The position numbers and the translations under genes are program-made. Source: a virus. Taken from it: a stretch of DNA of 64,000 nucleotides. The DNA lies in IMG/VR virus record IMGVR_UViG_3300042868_009489, one strand, 5' to 3'. Below the pieces are notes generated by a model. That model was not told the DNA's origin. It did no database searches and saw nothing but the letters and a program-made list of their open reading frames with translations. This document shows, piece after piece, positions 43,666-52,761 of the stretch. Position 1 is the first letter of the stretch; every line of letters starts with the position of its first letter.

Positions 43666-43846
43666 TTATTTTTAGTCTTTCTAATATTTTTTTCTGATCT
43701 TCTTTTATATCAAAAGCTTGCTTATAAAGAAGTGAATTATCATCATGATTATTTTCAAGAATATGAGAAAGCTTTTTAACTGATTTAGACAAAGCATCTG
43801 CTGCTCTTTTTTTAACTTTATCTTTTTGCTTATCTGTTAAGTTCAT
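43655..43846 (-). CDS. Hypothetical protein
   Basis: 63-aa helical ORF, coupled. Confidence 0.55.
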   Translation of the reverse strand: MNLTDKQKDKVKKRAADALSKSVKKLSHILENNHDDNSLLYKQAFDIKEDQKKILERLKISES

Positions 43847-43853
43847 ATTGATA

Positions 43854-44552
43854 TTATGGTTGAGCTAGCTTTGGCAATCCTTCAAAAGCTGTACCAATTT
43901 TCTCACCCTTTTCATTTAAACCTGTTTTAATTCCTTTTGTCCAAGTCCAAGGATTCTCTGTATTATTTTTCATTTTTGCATCACCATATGACCTACGAGC
44001 AGTCATTAAATCTGGTTTGTCCCAAAGATTCTCTACGACAATTTCCGTTGATTCTAATAATGTGTTTGGATAAATAGTAAAATGCATTATAGGCATTCCT
44101 CCTGGAAACAGGACTGGTTCTCCAACTTTTGTTATTTGCCAGTTCATATTGAATTCGTCTGGCCACCAATAGCTTGGTATCGATGCCGTTAATGGAACTG
44201 CACCATCAATAAAATAATTAGGTGAACCAGAAATCCAAGTACTATATCCGTCTTCCGTATTGAATGCCCAACCTGTGGTGAATGACATCATTCCAATGAT
44301 ACTGGGAATTGCAAGCGATCTTCCCTCAAACTTTTCGCCTTCTAGTATCTTAGGAACTGTGTTTCCACCATCCCACTGAACAACAACATCCTGCTGAAGA
44401 ATCAGTTCCCAACCAGTAACATTTGCAACAGTTAAAGGAAGACATTGGTATGCGTGCTTATTATAGGTGGCATCCATCCAATCTCTATTAAATCGAGACT
44501 GTTTTATCTCTGGTGGATTTTGAGTTGTTTTTACTAAAGTTAATTTAGTCAT
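43854..44552 (-). CDS. DUF6065-like protein
   Basis: RDWMDAT...HAYQCLPLTVAN..GWEL...WDGG...SGSPNYF.DG..PL...F.MNW pattern recalled for this family. Confidence 0.6.
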   Translation of the reverse strand: MTKLTLVKTTQNPPEIKQSRFNRDWMDATYNKHAYQCLPLTVANVTGWELILQQDVVVQWDGGNTVPKILEGEKFEGRSLAIPSIIGMMSFTTGWAFNTEDGYSTWISGSPNYFIDGAVPLTASIPSYWWPDEFNMNWQITKVGEPVLFPGGMPIMHFTIYPNTLLESTEIVVENLWDKPDLMTARRSYGDAKMKNNTENPWTWTKGIKTGLNEKGEKIGTAFEGLPKLAQP

Positions 44553-44556
44553 TGTA

Positions 44557-45306
44557 TTACCTTGGTGGCGAATACATTATTGGCTGTGTGCCACCTTTTG
44601 ATATTCCAACATTTTCAGTGATCTTAGAACCATCAGAGGCGTAGCCTGTAGATTGCTTGTGATTGTTATCATTGTAGTCAAACATAGTTACTGCACTATA
44701 CTTAATTCCACTGGTCACTTTCAAGGATGCGTGAGCATAAATGTATGTAGATGGGAACATTAGAATGTCACCTTTTTGAGGTTTGAAAGCAATGTTTAGA
44801 TATGGGAACCAAAGCTCTCCACCTTCATAGTCATCGTTGAAATAGGCAATTGATGAAACGGTGCAAGTATAAGAAAAACCATGATCTGTATGAACCGCAA
44901 AATGTTGATCTTTACCATAACGAATAAAGTTAATTGCTTCCATGTATTCCATTTTGAAGTTATATAAAGATTCATAATGATTTAAGCATTGCTTGATCGC
45001 TTTTTCTGTATCTTCGTAAACGCTTTTTACTTCTTCAAATTCAGGAGTTAACAATGGCCAATGTGCTGGACTCATTTTTAGATCTACGCAGTCTCTATAG
45101 TCTGGCATTTTTTCATTATAGCCAACCATTGCCTCCGACCATTTAAATAGATCGTGAGTGCTGTTTCCAATGGTCTTTTCTAATCTTTCTGGAACGTTTA
45201 TATCATCCGCAAGCGCACCCCTATAAAGATAGATTCCGAGTTTTGCATTGTCTTCTGGATTTTTGCAAGCTCCTATATGAAAGTATTCCATAATATCTCC
45301 GTTCAT
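44557..45306 (-). CDS. 2OG-Fe(II) oxygenase (prolyl-4-hydroxylase-like)
   Basis: RYG..QHF.VHTD...YFNDDYEGGEL.F...KPQKGD..MFPS.Y.YAH...VTSGIKYS. Confidence 0.88.
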   Translation of the reverse strand: MNGDIMEYFHIGACKNPEDNAKLGIYLYRGALADDINVPERLEKTIGNSTHDLFKWSEAMVGYNEKMPDYRDCVDLKMSPAHWPLLTPEFEEVKSVYEDTEKAIKQCLNHYESLYNFKMEYMEAINFIRYGKDQHFAVHTDHGFSYTCTVSSIAYFNDDYEGGELWFPYLNIAFKPQKGDILMFPSTYIYAHASLKVTSGIKYSAVTMFDYNDNNHKQSTGYASDGSKITENVGISKGGTQPIMYSPPR

Positions 45307-45358
45307 TTTCTATTTATGATATGATTATTGTACCACAAGTTCGAGCACTAAGGATACC

Positions 45359-45991
45359 ATGTTTGATTCAAGTGATAGTTCATTAGTTTTACCAGGACAT
45401 TTTGGTTCTTCATCGGACAATATAAAGATCATTAAAAATTTTGTTGAATTAGAAGATTTAAAAATAATACAATCTTTTTTACCTACCATTAATGAATGGA
45501 TGGACGCTGGAGAGAACACATATGCTGAGGATGGAACATGCACGTATGATGCATCTTACTGGATGAACAGACAGTGTAGCTTTGATATTCTATCTAGAAT
45601 CAATTTAGATGTTTATAACTTAGTGGATAAATATATTTTAAAAATGAAATATTTTTTAGAAGATAGTTTTAATGTTAAACTTTCTGTTAGACCACCAGTT
45701 ATCATTAGATGGTTTCCTGGATTGGAGCAGCAACCTCATTCTGATAAGCAGTTAAATGATGGTTCACCAAATCCATTTCCTACTTATGATTTAAATTCAT
45801 TATTATATTATAATGATGATTTTGAGGGTGGGGAGTTATATTATCCACAACATGATATAATTGTTAAACCAGAGCCTGGTCTTGCAGTCGCTCATCCTGG
45901 TGATATCAATTATCTTCATGGCGTCAAGATGGTAACATCTGGAGAAAGATTTACTACACCATCTTTTTATACTATTACTGAATTAGTATAG
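45359..45991 (+). CDS. 2OG-Fe(II) oxygenase (prolyl hydroxylase-like); the only convincing plus-strand gene
   Basis: HSDKQ...YYNDDFEGGELYYP...KPEPG...HPG...LHGVKMVTSGERFT; AAGGA RBS. Confidence 0.88.
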   Translation: MFDSSDSSLVLPGHFGSSSDNIKIIKNFVELEDLKIIQSFLPTINEWMDAGENTYAEDGTCTYDASYWMNRQCSFDILSRINLDVYNLVDKYILKMKYFLEDSFNVKLSVRPPVIIRWFPGLEQQPHSDKQLNDGSPNPFPTYDLNSLLYYNDDFEGGELYYPQHDIIVKPEPGLAVAHPGDINYLHGVKMVTSGERFTTPSFYTITELV

Positions 45992-46014
45992 ATAAATTTA
46001 TTTCCAATTAGAAT

Positions 46015-46044
46015 AACCCACCCTTTTTACGGGGTGGGTTTTTC
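46015..46044. terminator. Probable bidirectional intrinsic terminator between convergent genes
   Basis: aacccaccc-tttttac-ggggtgggtt hairpin followed by a T-tract; lies between stops at 45991 (+) and 46057 (-). Confidence 0.75.
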
Positions 46045-46056
46045 TATATACTTTAC

Positions 46057-46582
46057 CTACTTAAACGCTGGTGGGAAGAAAGGTGGGAAGAAAGGTGGGA
46101 AGAAAGGTGGGAAATAAGGTGGGAAATATGGCGGGAAATATGGCGGGAAATAAGGTGGGAAATAAGGTGGGAAGAACGGTGGGAAGAATGGTGGGAAGTA
46201 AGGTGGGAAAAATGGCGGGAAAAATGGCGGGAAGTAGGGCGGAAAGAATGGAGGGAAGAATGGCGGAAAGAAAGGCGGGAAGAAAGGCGGGAAATAAGGT
46301 GGGAAGAACGGCGGGAAGAACGGCGGGAAATAAGGGCTGTTAATAACATAGTCAATAGCAGTTCCCAAAGGAACTATTGTGGTATCTGTTAAAGCAGTCA
46401 CTACCGTATCTAATGTAGTTCCAGTATTTTCTGTATTTGCAGCACCTGGTACTGGGGTTACGTTTCCTACTGTAAATCCAGCTGCAGTAATTGTTGCATT
46501 AGCAGTTGCTTTATCAGTTCCGGGCAGCTACTGTTGGCTTAGGAGCTTTTCTATTTTGCTTCTTACCAGTATTATCGGCCAT
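46057..46582 (-). CDS. PASTA-like domain + (PP[F/Y]F)x~22 repeat protein, about 174 aa after +1 shift at CGGA 46519-46522
   Basis: ATG 46582 next to the fibre stop; MADNTGKKQNRKAPKPTVAA c GTDKATANATITAAGFTVGNVT...GTAIDYVINSPYFPPFF... Confidence 0.75.
46066..46334 (-). repeat. 12-bp-period coding tandem repeat (PPFF/PPYF)
   Basis: About 22 tetrapeptide units with synonymous codon variation (ccg/cca/cct, ttc/ttt). Confidence 0.95.
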
Positions 46583-46583
46583 A

Positions 46584-49367
46584 TTACGCTACCAAGTCTC
46601 CTAGAGCAACCCATGTATCAGTTGCGCGTTTAATAAGTGTAGCAGATGACCAAGTTGTGCGCAACTTAAGTCCTGGAGTTCCGTTAATTGTTACTCCAGC
46701 ACCCGCTGTTATTGTACACTGACCGGCTCCAGTTTGTAAAATAGTCAGAGTGGAACCAACTGGAAAGGCTACCGAAGAGTTAGGTGGAACCGTTAAAGTA
46801 TTAGCTGAAGCATTTCCTACTTCAACTAATTTATTTTTATCAGCTAACACAAGTGTATAAGAAGCTGCTTGAGCATTAATTGTAGTATCGGCTATTTTAT
46901 TTTGCTCAATTGCGGCAGTTGATGAAACATCAGCATTTGAGATGGTTCCCGCTGGAAGCGTCACTGTTCCAGTAAATGTTGGCGATGCTAGAGGTGCTTT
47001 ATCATTAAGTTGTGTTTGGATTGCAGATGTTACGCCATTCAGGTAACCAATTTCCGTATCGGAAACATCTGTTACTCGTGCTTGAATCGTTGTGGTATCA
47101 ACTGACAGCACATTGGATACTAGATTGATTCCACTTCCGTTAGTTATTGTTTGTGCGGCGTTAAACGGGGCGTATGTGATGTTGTCAGTTCCAATAACAA
47201 TTGGATTTGTAGCACTGTTATTTACATACCCGTACCCAGCGTTGGTATTTCCACCCATAATAAAGCAGAAGTCTCCAGGAGCCAGTTCTCCAGACGGGTT
47301 ATTGTCAGCGTCTGTTGCTCTTGTGACTACCCAAGGGGCGCTTACGCTACCGACTGCCGTAATGGTGTAAATACCATTTTCTTTTGAATCGGTCTGCGAC
47401 TTAACAAGGATTCTGTTTCCAACAACTACCGAAGCTCCATCAATAGTACCAATTGAACCATTTGTTGCTTTTGTTAGAGTTGCACCAACCCCAGCAGTTC
47501 CGTTGTTGTATGTTCCAGCGAGGTTCCCAGTTGTTGCAGCAACCACTGATTCATGGAAGTGAACACCAGAAGAAATGTTATCTACATACTGTTTAGTAAC
47601 TGCCTGAAGTGCTGATGATGGGTCTGCAGCAAGTGTCACCGTTCCAGTTGCAGTAATGTTTGCAAAAGTAACAGAAGCATTTGTTGCAACTGACTGTCCA
47701 ATAGAAATTGTAGGAGTTGTTGTTCCGCTAATTGTTACTCCCGTTCCTTCTGTTATTGAAGTAACTGGAGCAGTACCGCTAGAAGCTGCTGTAAGCTGAC
47801 CTTGTGCGTTTACTGTGACGCTAGCATATGTATATGCACCTGCAGTTACTGCAGTGTTTGTAATTGCAACTGATGCGCTAGAACCCTCTCCTTCAGTGTG
47901 AGTAACTGTGATTCCAGTTCCACTAGTAACATTTGAAACATAATTGCCAGTTGTATCAGTCCCTAAATCAATTGAATCATTAACCCAAGCTGAGCCATTG
48001 TATTTAAGGAAATTTCCAGATGCTAAATCTGTTAATGTAACTCCAGTAATGTCATCAATACTGTTAAGAGCTGGAATTGATTCGTTAATCCAAGCTGAAC
48101 CATTCCATTTTAAGAATTGACCAGATGTTGCTGTTGTAATTGTTACATCCACAATATCATCAAGAGAATTAACTGCAGCTAGTGCAGCCCATTCTATTCC
48201 ACTGGCAGCTGCCGAATTAGCTTTAAGTACATACCCATTAGTTCCAACTGCTAATGTGGTTAGTGTATTGTCAGCGGTACCGACTAGAATATCTCCCTTT
48301 GAGTCAAAAGATGCTTTTTGAACAAAGATATTAGCTGCCGAGTTAGCTGCATTACCTTCGGCTACTAAAGCTCTTGCTTGAACAAACTCAGTTGTAGCTA
48401 TTTGAGTACTATTTGTGCCAGCATTTGCTGTTGGCGCAGTTGGCGTTCCAGTTAAGCCTGGGCTAGCAGTTGCTGCATACCCGGCAAAAGATACCGATGA
48501 GCTTCTAACTTCAGTTACTCTACCATAGGAATCTGTATATACGGTATCTACAAAAGTTGTAGTATTTGATCCAGCGGTTGAAGCGACGTTTATTGTAGCA
48601 AGATCAATTGAATCTGCATTCACTTGAATTCTACCCGAGTTTGCTGAGATAACATTAATAGTGTTTCCATCTCTGGTTAAACCTGCTCCAGGTTGTGTTG
48701 CTGCAGTGCCTGAAAATACTGAGTAAACAATATTATCAACACCAATACTTATTTGACCGCCTGCTCCGGTTCCAGCCGATGTAATGACATAGGAGTTACC
48801 TACGCTAACCGTACCATCTATTACATAAACTGTATCACCAGGTTTCATTTCTCCAGCAGGACTATTGTCTGCATCTGTGCGACGCGTTAAGATAAAGGCT
48901 ACAGATACATCACCAATGTCAGTTACTGTATAAATACCATTATGTGCAGCATTCGCTTGATTCTTGACTAAAACTGAGTCGCCCAAAAATGGATTTTCTC
49001 CATCTATTGTTAAAAGTCCAAAAGCATCCGCCGTAAGTGTTGCGCCAACTCCACTAGTTCCATTATTGTATGTGCAAGCTGGAAGTGCTGCATTCGTTGC
49101 TAGGCTAACAGCTTGATGCCAGCTTGTGCCTGCAGCTATTGAGTCAACATAGCCTCTTGTAGCTAAGTCTGTAGGAGTTGTTCCTGCACTTGATGCAATA
49201 ACTGAATTTACTGTTAAAACTCCACTTGCTGATACATTACCTACGTTAGATCCAGAAGAATTCTGAAATTGAATTAAAGGCGCTGTAGCATTAGCGGCTG
49301 CTTTAATTACAAAAGCTTCATCGTAGACTGTAATTTCAGGGGCGGTTTCAATTCTTAAGCGGGCCAT
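46584..49367 (-). CDS. Tail fibre / spike protein
   Basis: Two copies of a TYNNGT.GVGATLT...VLVK.Q....NGIYT module, FLKWNGSAW repeats, [12 protein letters not shown]-terminal NAQ..SYTL...WVALGDL domain. Confidence 0.8.
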   Translation of the reverse strand: MARLRIETAPEITVYDEAFVIKAAANATAPLIQFQNSSGSNVGNVSASGVLTVNSVIASSAGTTPTDLATRGYVDSIAAGTSWHQAVSLATNAALPACTYNNGTSGVGATLTADAFGLLTIDGENPFLGDSVLVKNQANAAHNGIYTVTDIGDVSVAFILTRRTDADNSPAGEMKPGDTVYVIDGTVSVGNSYVITSAGTGAGGQISIGVDNIVYSVFSGTAATQPGAGLTRDGNTINVISANSGRIQVNADSIDLATINVASTAGSNTTTFVDTVYTDSYGRVTEVRSSSVSFAGYAATASPGLTGTPTAPTANAGTNSTQIATTEFVQARALVAEGNAANSAANIFVQKASFDSKGDILVGTADNTLTTLAVGTNGYVLKANSAAASGIEWAALAAVNSLDDIVDVTITTATSGQFLKWNGSAWINESIPALNSIDDITGVTLTDLASGNFLKYNGSAWVNDSIDLGTDTTGNYVSNVTSGTGITVTHTEGEGSSASVAITNTAVTAGAYTYASVTVNAQGQLTAASSGTAPVTSITEGTGVTISGTTTPTISIGQSVATNASVTFANITATGTVTLAADPSSALQAVTKQYVDNISSGVHFHESVVAATTGNLAGTYNNGTAGVGATLTKATNGSIGTIDGASVVVGNRILVKSQTDSKENGIYTITAVGSVSAPWVVTRATDADNNPSGELAPGDFCFIMGGNTNAGYGYVNNSATNPIVIGTDNITYAPFNAAQTITNGSGINLVSNVLSVDTTTIQARVTDVSDTEIGYLNGVTSAIQTQLNDKAPLASPTFTGTVTLPAGTISNADVSSTAAIEQNKIADTTINAQAASYTLVLADKNKLVEVGNASANTLTVPPNSSVAFPVGSTLTILQTGAGQCTITAGAGVTINGTPGLKLRTTWSSATLIKRATDTWVALGDLVA

Positions 49368-49426
49368 ATCTCTCCTAGTGTGAGATTTTAAACAACTAGG
49401 AATATAGTAATAGATATACTATGAAT

Positions 49427-50233
49427 TTATTGGGTTATCCTCTTTAAATAGTCCAACATTTTACCGGTATATTTTATACGTCCAAAATGGGTTAAATTAA
49501 TAGTTGGGTCAACCCAAATCTTTCCACCCATCTTTTGCCAATATCTACAAAAACCATAATCCTCAGATAGAAATCTGCCATCATCATCTACATAAGAGTT
49601 AAATAGAGCGTAGGAATTTTCTCTTTCCAAACCAGACAAAGCTCCAGTATCATCATTGTATTTAAGTTTTTTATATTTTTTAAACATCTTATCAAATACT
49701 TGACGTTTAATAAGCATAAAGCCAGTTCCTGCTTCATAGCACTCGATTGCACCATTGTCAATGTTTAATTGATTTTCTCCAGGCTTAGTCATATGCACCA
49801 CATATCTAGTAGAGTGCTCCATTAAGTCACTAGCCGGAAGGTCTGCTTGTGCAGCTTCTTTTACTTTATCCCAACTTATTTCCTTAATTGGATATGATGC
49901 CGTCATGACATCTTTATCATGCCATAAAAGTTTTAAAACTGATTCTTTATTAAATTCAAGATCAACATCTATAAATATCATATGAGTATAATCTGGATTT
50001 CCCATAAATTTAGCAGCAAGGTTATTTCTTGCGCGGTTAATCAAAGAATCTGATATCGTACAAACTGAATATTTTAAACCGATTTCTTTAAAATAAAGAG
50101 CTGTTTGCAAAAAACTCATCATGAAAGGTTCAGTTACATGAGAATCATAACATGGAAGGGCGAAGAAAATGTGCCAGCTTTCAAGTTGTTCTTTAGATAT
50201 TGTAATATTAATTGGTTGTTCTTCTACAGGCAT
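49427..50233 (-). CDS. Glycosyltransferase (GT-A fold)
   Basis: ALPCY...SLINRARNNL...THMIFIDVD...AGTGFMLIKR.VF...LSEDYGFC..W...GGKIW.DP...L.HFG. Confidence 0.85.
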   Translation of the reverse strand: MPVEEQPINITISKEQLESWHIFFALPCYDSHVTEPFMMSFLQTALYFKEIGLKYSVCTISDSLINRARNNLAAKFMGNPDYTHMIFIDVDLEFNKESVLKLLWHDKDVMTASYPIKEISWDKVKEAAQADLPASDLMEHSTRYVVHMTKPGENQLNIDNGAIECYEAGTGFMLIKRQVFDKMFKKYKKLKYNDDTGALSGLERENSYALFNSYVDDDGRFLSEDYGFCRYWQKMGGKIWVDPTINLTHFGRIKYTGKMLDYLKRITQ

Positions 50234-50239
50234 ATAAAA

Positions 50240-50268
50240 ATATTAGCCTAGATGTAGTTAGTTGTCAA
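50240..50268 (-). promoter_or_regulatory. Housekeeping-sigma promoter, probably leaderless, for the glycosyltransferase
   Basis: TTGACA-17 nt-TAATAT, then 6 nt to the ATG at 50233; no Shine-Dalgarno. Confidence 0.65.
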
Positions 50269-50279
50269 GTTTTGAACGC

Positions 50280-51102
50280 CTATATGGAAACAATACCTAC
50301 CCTAACGGAATTATTGGCCAATGGTGCAGAAAAATCAAATGTTACCGTATTTACTGTTGTAGCTTCCCATCTGGCATTTATCGATTCATAGGGGGAGTCT
50401 GCATTCCTTATGGAAATAACAATGTCTCTTGTATTTAAGGCATGTGTTATTACGTAAGTGGAATCTGTACTATTGCCGATAGTTTCTTTGTATGAAAGTA
50501 TTGGGCTTCCTGCTACCGTAGCATATACTGAAACAACGATAGAGTCAGAAGTAACGGGAGAACTAAAATCAACTGTGATTGTGCTTGTAGTTGTAGCTTC
50601 CCAACGAGCTTGAATTACTTCGTATGGTGAAGCTGCATTTCTAATTACAACTACAACATTTCTTGTTCCAAGTCCATGTGTAATTGTATAGCTTGAATTT
50701 GTTCCATCGCCTATAGTGTCAGTATGTATAGTCCCGGTAATGTTGCCTTCTAAGGAAGGTATGAATTTAGTGCCATCAAATTTAAGGACTTGGTTTACTG
50801 AGGCACCTGTTGGATCTATTTCTATAGAATCTACAGTTAGTGTTGTAGCTTGAATGTTGGCAACATTGACCGTTGAAGGCAAGGATAGCGTATAGGCTTT
50901 CGTTGTGGCATTAGCTGTTACGGTGACCTGATTAGCGGTTCCTGCAATCGAAGATATTAAAGCTGCTCCGGATTATAGAGTTTGAAGAATTTTTATAAAA
51001 CAGCTTACCATCAGCGTAGTTAATCGCAATTTCGCCGTCAGCCAACGTTGATGGAGCCTGTGAAGGCGTTGCTGATTTCTTAAGGGTAATTGTATTGGCC
51101 AT
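50280..51102 (-). CDS. Fibre-associated structural protein, about 273 aa after +1 shift at CGGA 50967-50970
   Basis: MANTITLKKSATPSQAPSTLADGEIAINYADGKLFYKN (paralogous to the N-terminus of 58722..60998) ...ATC c GGA GCA joins ORF 50280..50882 with two ITH.L.TR.V repeats. Confidence 0.75.
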
Positions 51103-51160
51103 TTTAATCCTTTAGACTATGTGGATATAGTAACAAGAATTTGTTTTTAATTATATTAAA

Positions 51161-52254
51161 TTTACCATTTACCTAATCGACATGTCGCTAGTTTTAGCTT
51201 TATGTGGTTATTTGAATTCTTTTCCAGTCCTGTAATCAAATCCAATTGCCTTTAAATACTCAGTATAGCTTTCTTCATCTTTAGCGGCTAACGGACCATA
51301 TTCTAAACCTTTTAAAATATGGTTATGATAATTTTTATAATTATTTAAATTGCCTGATCCTATTTTTAGATTGATTGGATTAGTATGGTTATGATAATCT
51401 TTATAATTATTTAAATTGCTTGATTCTATTTTTAGATTAATTGGATTTCTCCAATTATCCTTACCTATACCTTCAAAATATTCTTCAGTTTTACCTAAGT
51501 GCCATAAAACATTTTCTTTAAGACAGAATATTCTAAAACCATTTGTCCAAGCTCTAAGACCTGTTGTAAACTCTTCGCCAAAAAAAGATATTCTTGGATC
51601 TGGAATAATTTCTTTGTAAAAATCACTTGTGCTAAAAATGAAGTGTCCAGATACAAAATGTGTTTCTATATACTCTTTTCCGATTCCAAGGATTAGTTTG
51701 CTCTTTTATAAGATTATCTATTTTATTTTTAAATTCAGCATCTGCGTAATTTGCAATACATTCAGCCCACATAGTCCATGGATATGGATCAGCTGAATGA
51801 TAAGTCTCTACTCCTTCATAATTTTTTTCAAACCATGGAGTTCTTCCAGATATAATTATTTTATGACAATATGTTTCAGATATTAAATTATGATAATACT
51901 TTAATTTTTTATCCCAATCTTTCTTAAATCTCATATGACCATCAACTCGCATAACATAATGCTCATCTAACATAAGCCATGATGCAATTAACCAAGCTAG
52001 GCCCAACCCAAGACCATATAAAAATGTTAAATTTGCCGTTCTTACATTTGGAAATGAAGAAAAATCTTCAAAATTATCATCTAATCTTTGATTACAAATA
52101 CCAACATATACATTTTCAGGCTTTTCTGCTTCGTTATATATGCTTTTTATAGTGTTTAAAAGATCTTCTTCTCTAAAAGCTGCAATTGCAATAAATATTT
52201 TTTCATTCAATACATTTACCATTTACCTAATGGACATGTCGCTGCTTTTAGCTT
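51161..52254. repeat. 40-bp direct repeats (51161-51200 and 52215-52254) flanking the GlcNAc-transferase gene
   Basis: tttaccatttacctaatcgacatgtcgctagttttagctt vs tttaccatttacctaatggacatgtcgctgcttttagctt (3 mismatches). Confidence 0.85.
51208..52222 (-). CDS. Skp1-type hydroxyproline GlcNAc-transferase-like (GT60) protein, about 337 aa after +1 shift at CGGA 51679-51682
   Basis: IFIAIAAFRE..L..TI.S....A..PE.V..GI..Q, E.Y.M.VD.HMRF...WD before the shift; FVSGHFIF, PDP.I.FFGEE....LR.WT.GF..., WH after it. Confidence 0.75.
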
Positions 52255-52443
52255 AACTTTCATCTTCATAAAACAACCACATTCTTTACACTGGTGAGTT
52301 ACGGGAATTAGCCTATCGCAATCATTGCAGATGTCCATTCGTCTTACCGATTCCTCTTCCGAGGCGTGTTCGACATTTGGATTAAGCACATCCCATGGAC
52401 GTGTTGTTCCAAGTTTCTTTTTATATTCTTGCCAAGGAGTCAC
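52216..52443 (-). CDS. Small Cys-rich (Zn-binding, DUF6171-like) protein
   Basis: R..IC..C.......QC.ECGC.M..K......CP.GKW. Confidence 0.65.
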   Translation of the reverse strand: MTPWQEYKKKLGTTRPWDVLNPNVEHASEEESVRRMDICNDCDRLIPVTHQCKECGCFMKMKVKLKAATCPLGKW

Positions 52444-52452
52444 TGTATTTCC

Positions 52453-52689
52453 TTAAGCAGTTGGTCCAATAAAGCTTGTACCGTCATATGTCCAACCGCC
52501 CATTACCTTTGTGCGGTCTTCACCTGACAATACAATAAGCTTAGGGTCTGACGCTAGCACTGCGCAAAGATGCTCATGAACTACTGGAAACGGAACCTTG
52601 ACCGCTACTTCACCATCTATAACAAAGGCGATCCAAATATGATTATCTGGCTCATCATGTGGGTATGGTTGATTCGGTATTTGACTCAT
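52453..52689 (-). CDS. Hypothetical fibre-associated protein
   Basis: AFVIDGEV...GWTYDGTSF; RBS TAGGAAG. Confidence 0.6.
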   Translation of the reverse strand: MSQIPNQPYPHDEPDNHIWIAFVIDGEVAVKVPFPVVHEHLCAVLASDPKLIVLSGEDRTKVMGGWTYDGTSFIGPTA

Positions 52690-52761
52690 TTTTCTTCCTA
52701 TCTATAAATTGATTTATTCATTATGAATATTCTATCACAATAGTGTAAAGAATTTTCCATT

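Noticed and set aside
46053-46355. Alternative-frame ORFs over the PPFF repeat (Ser/His/Arg-rich and MGRKVGRK...)
   Set aside because: Synonymous variation fits the PPFF frame, which also has a paralog.
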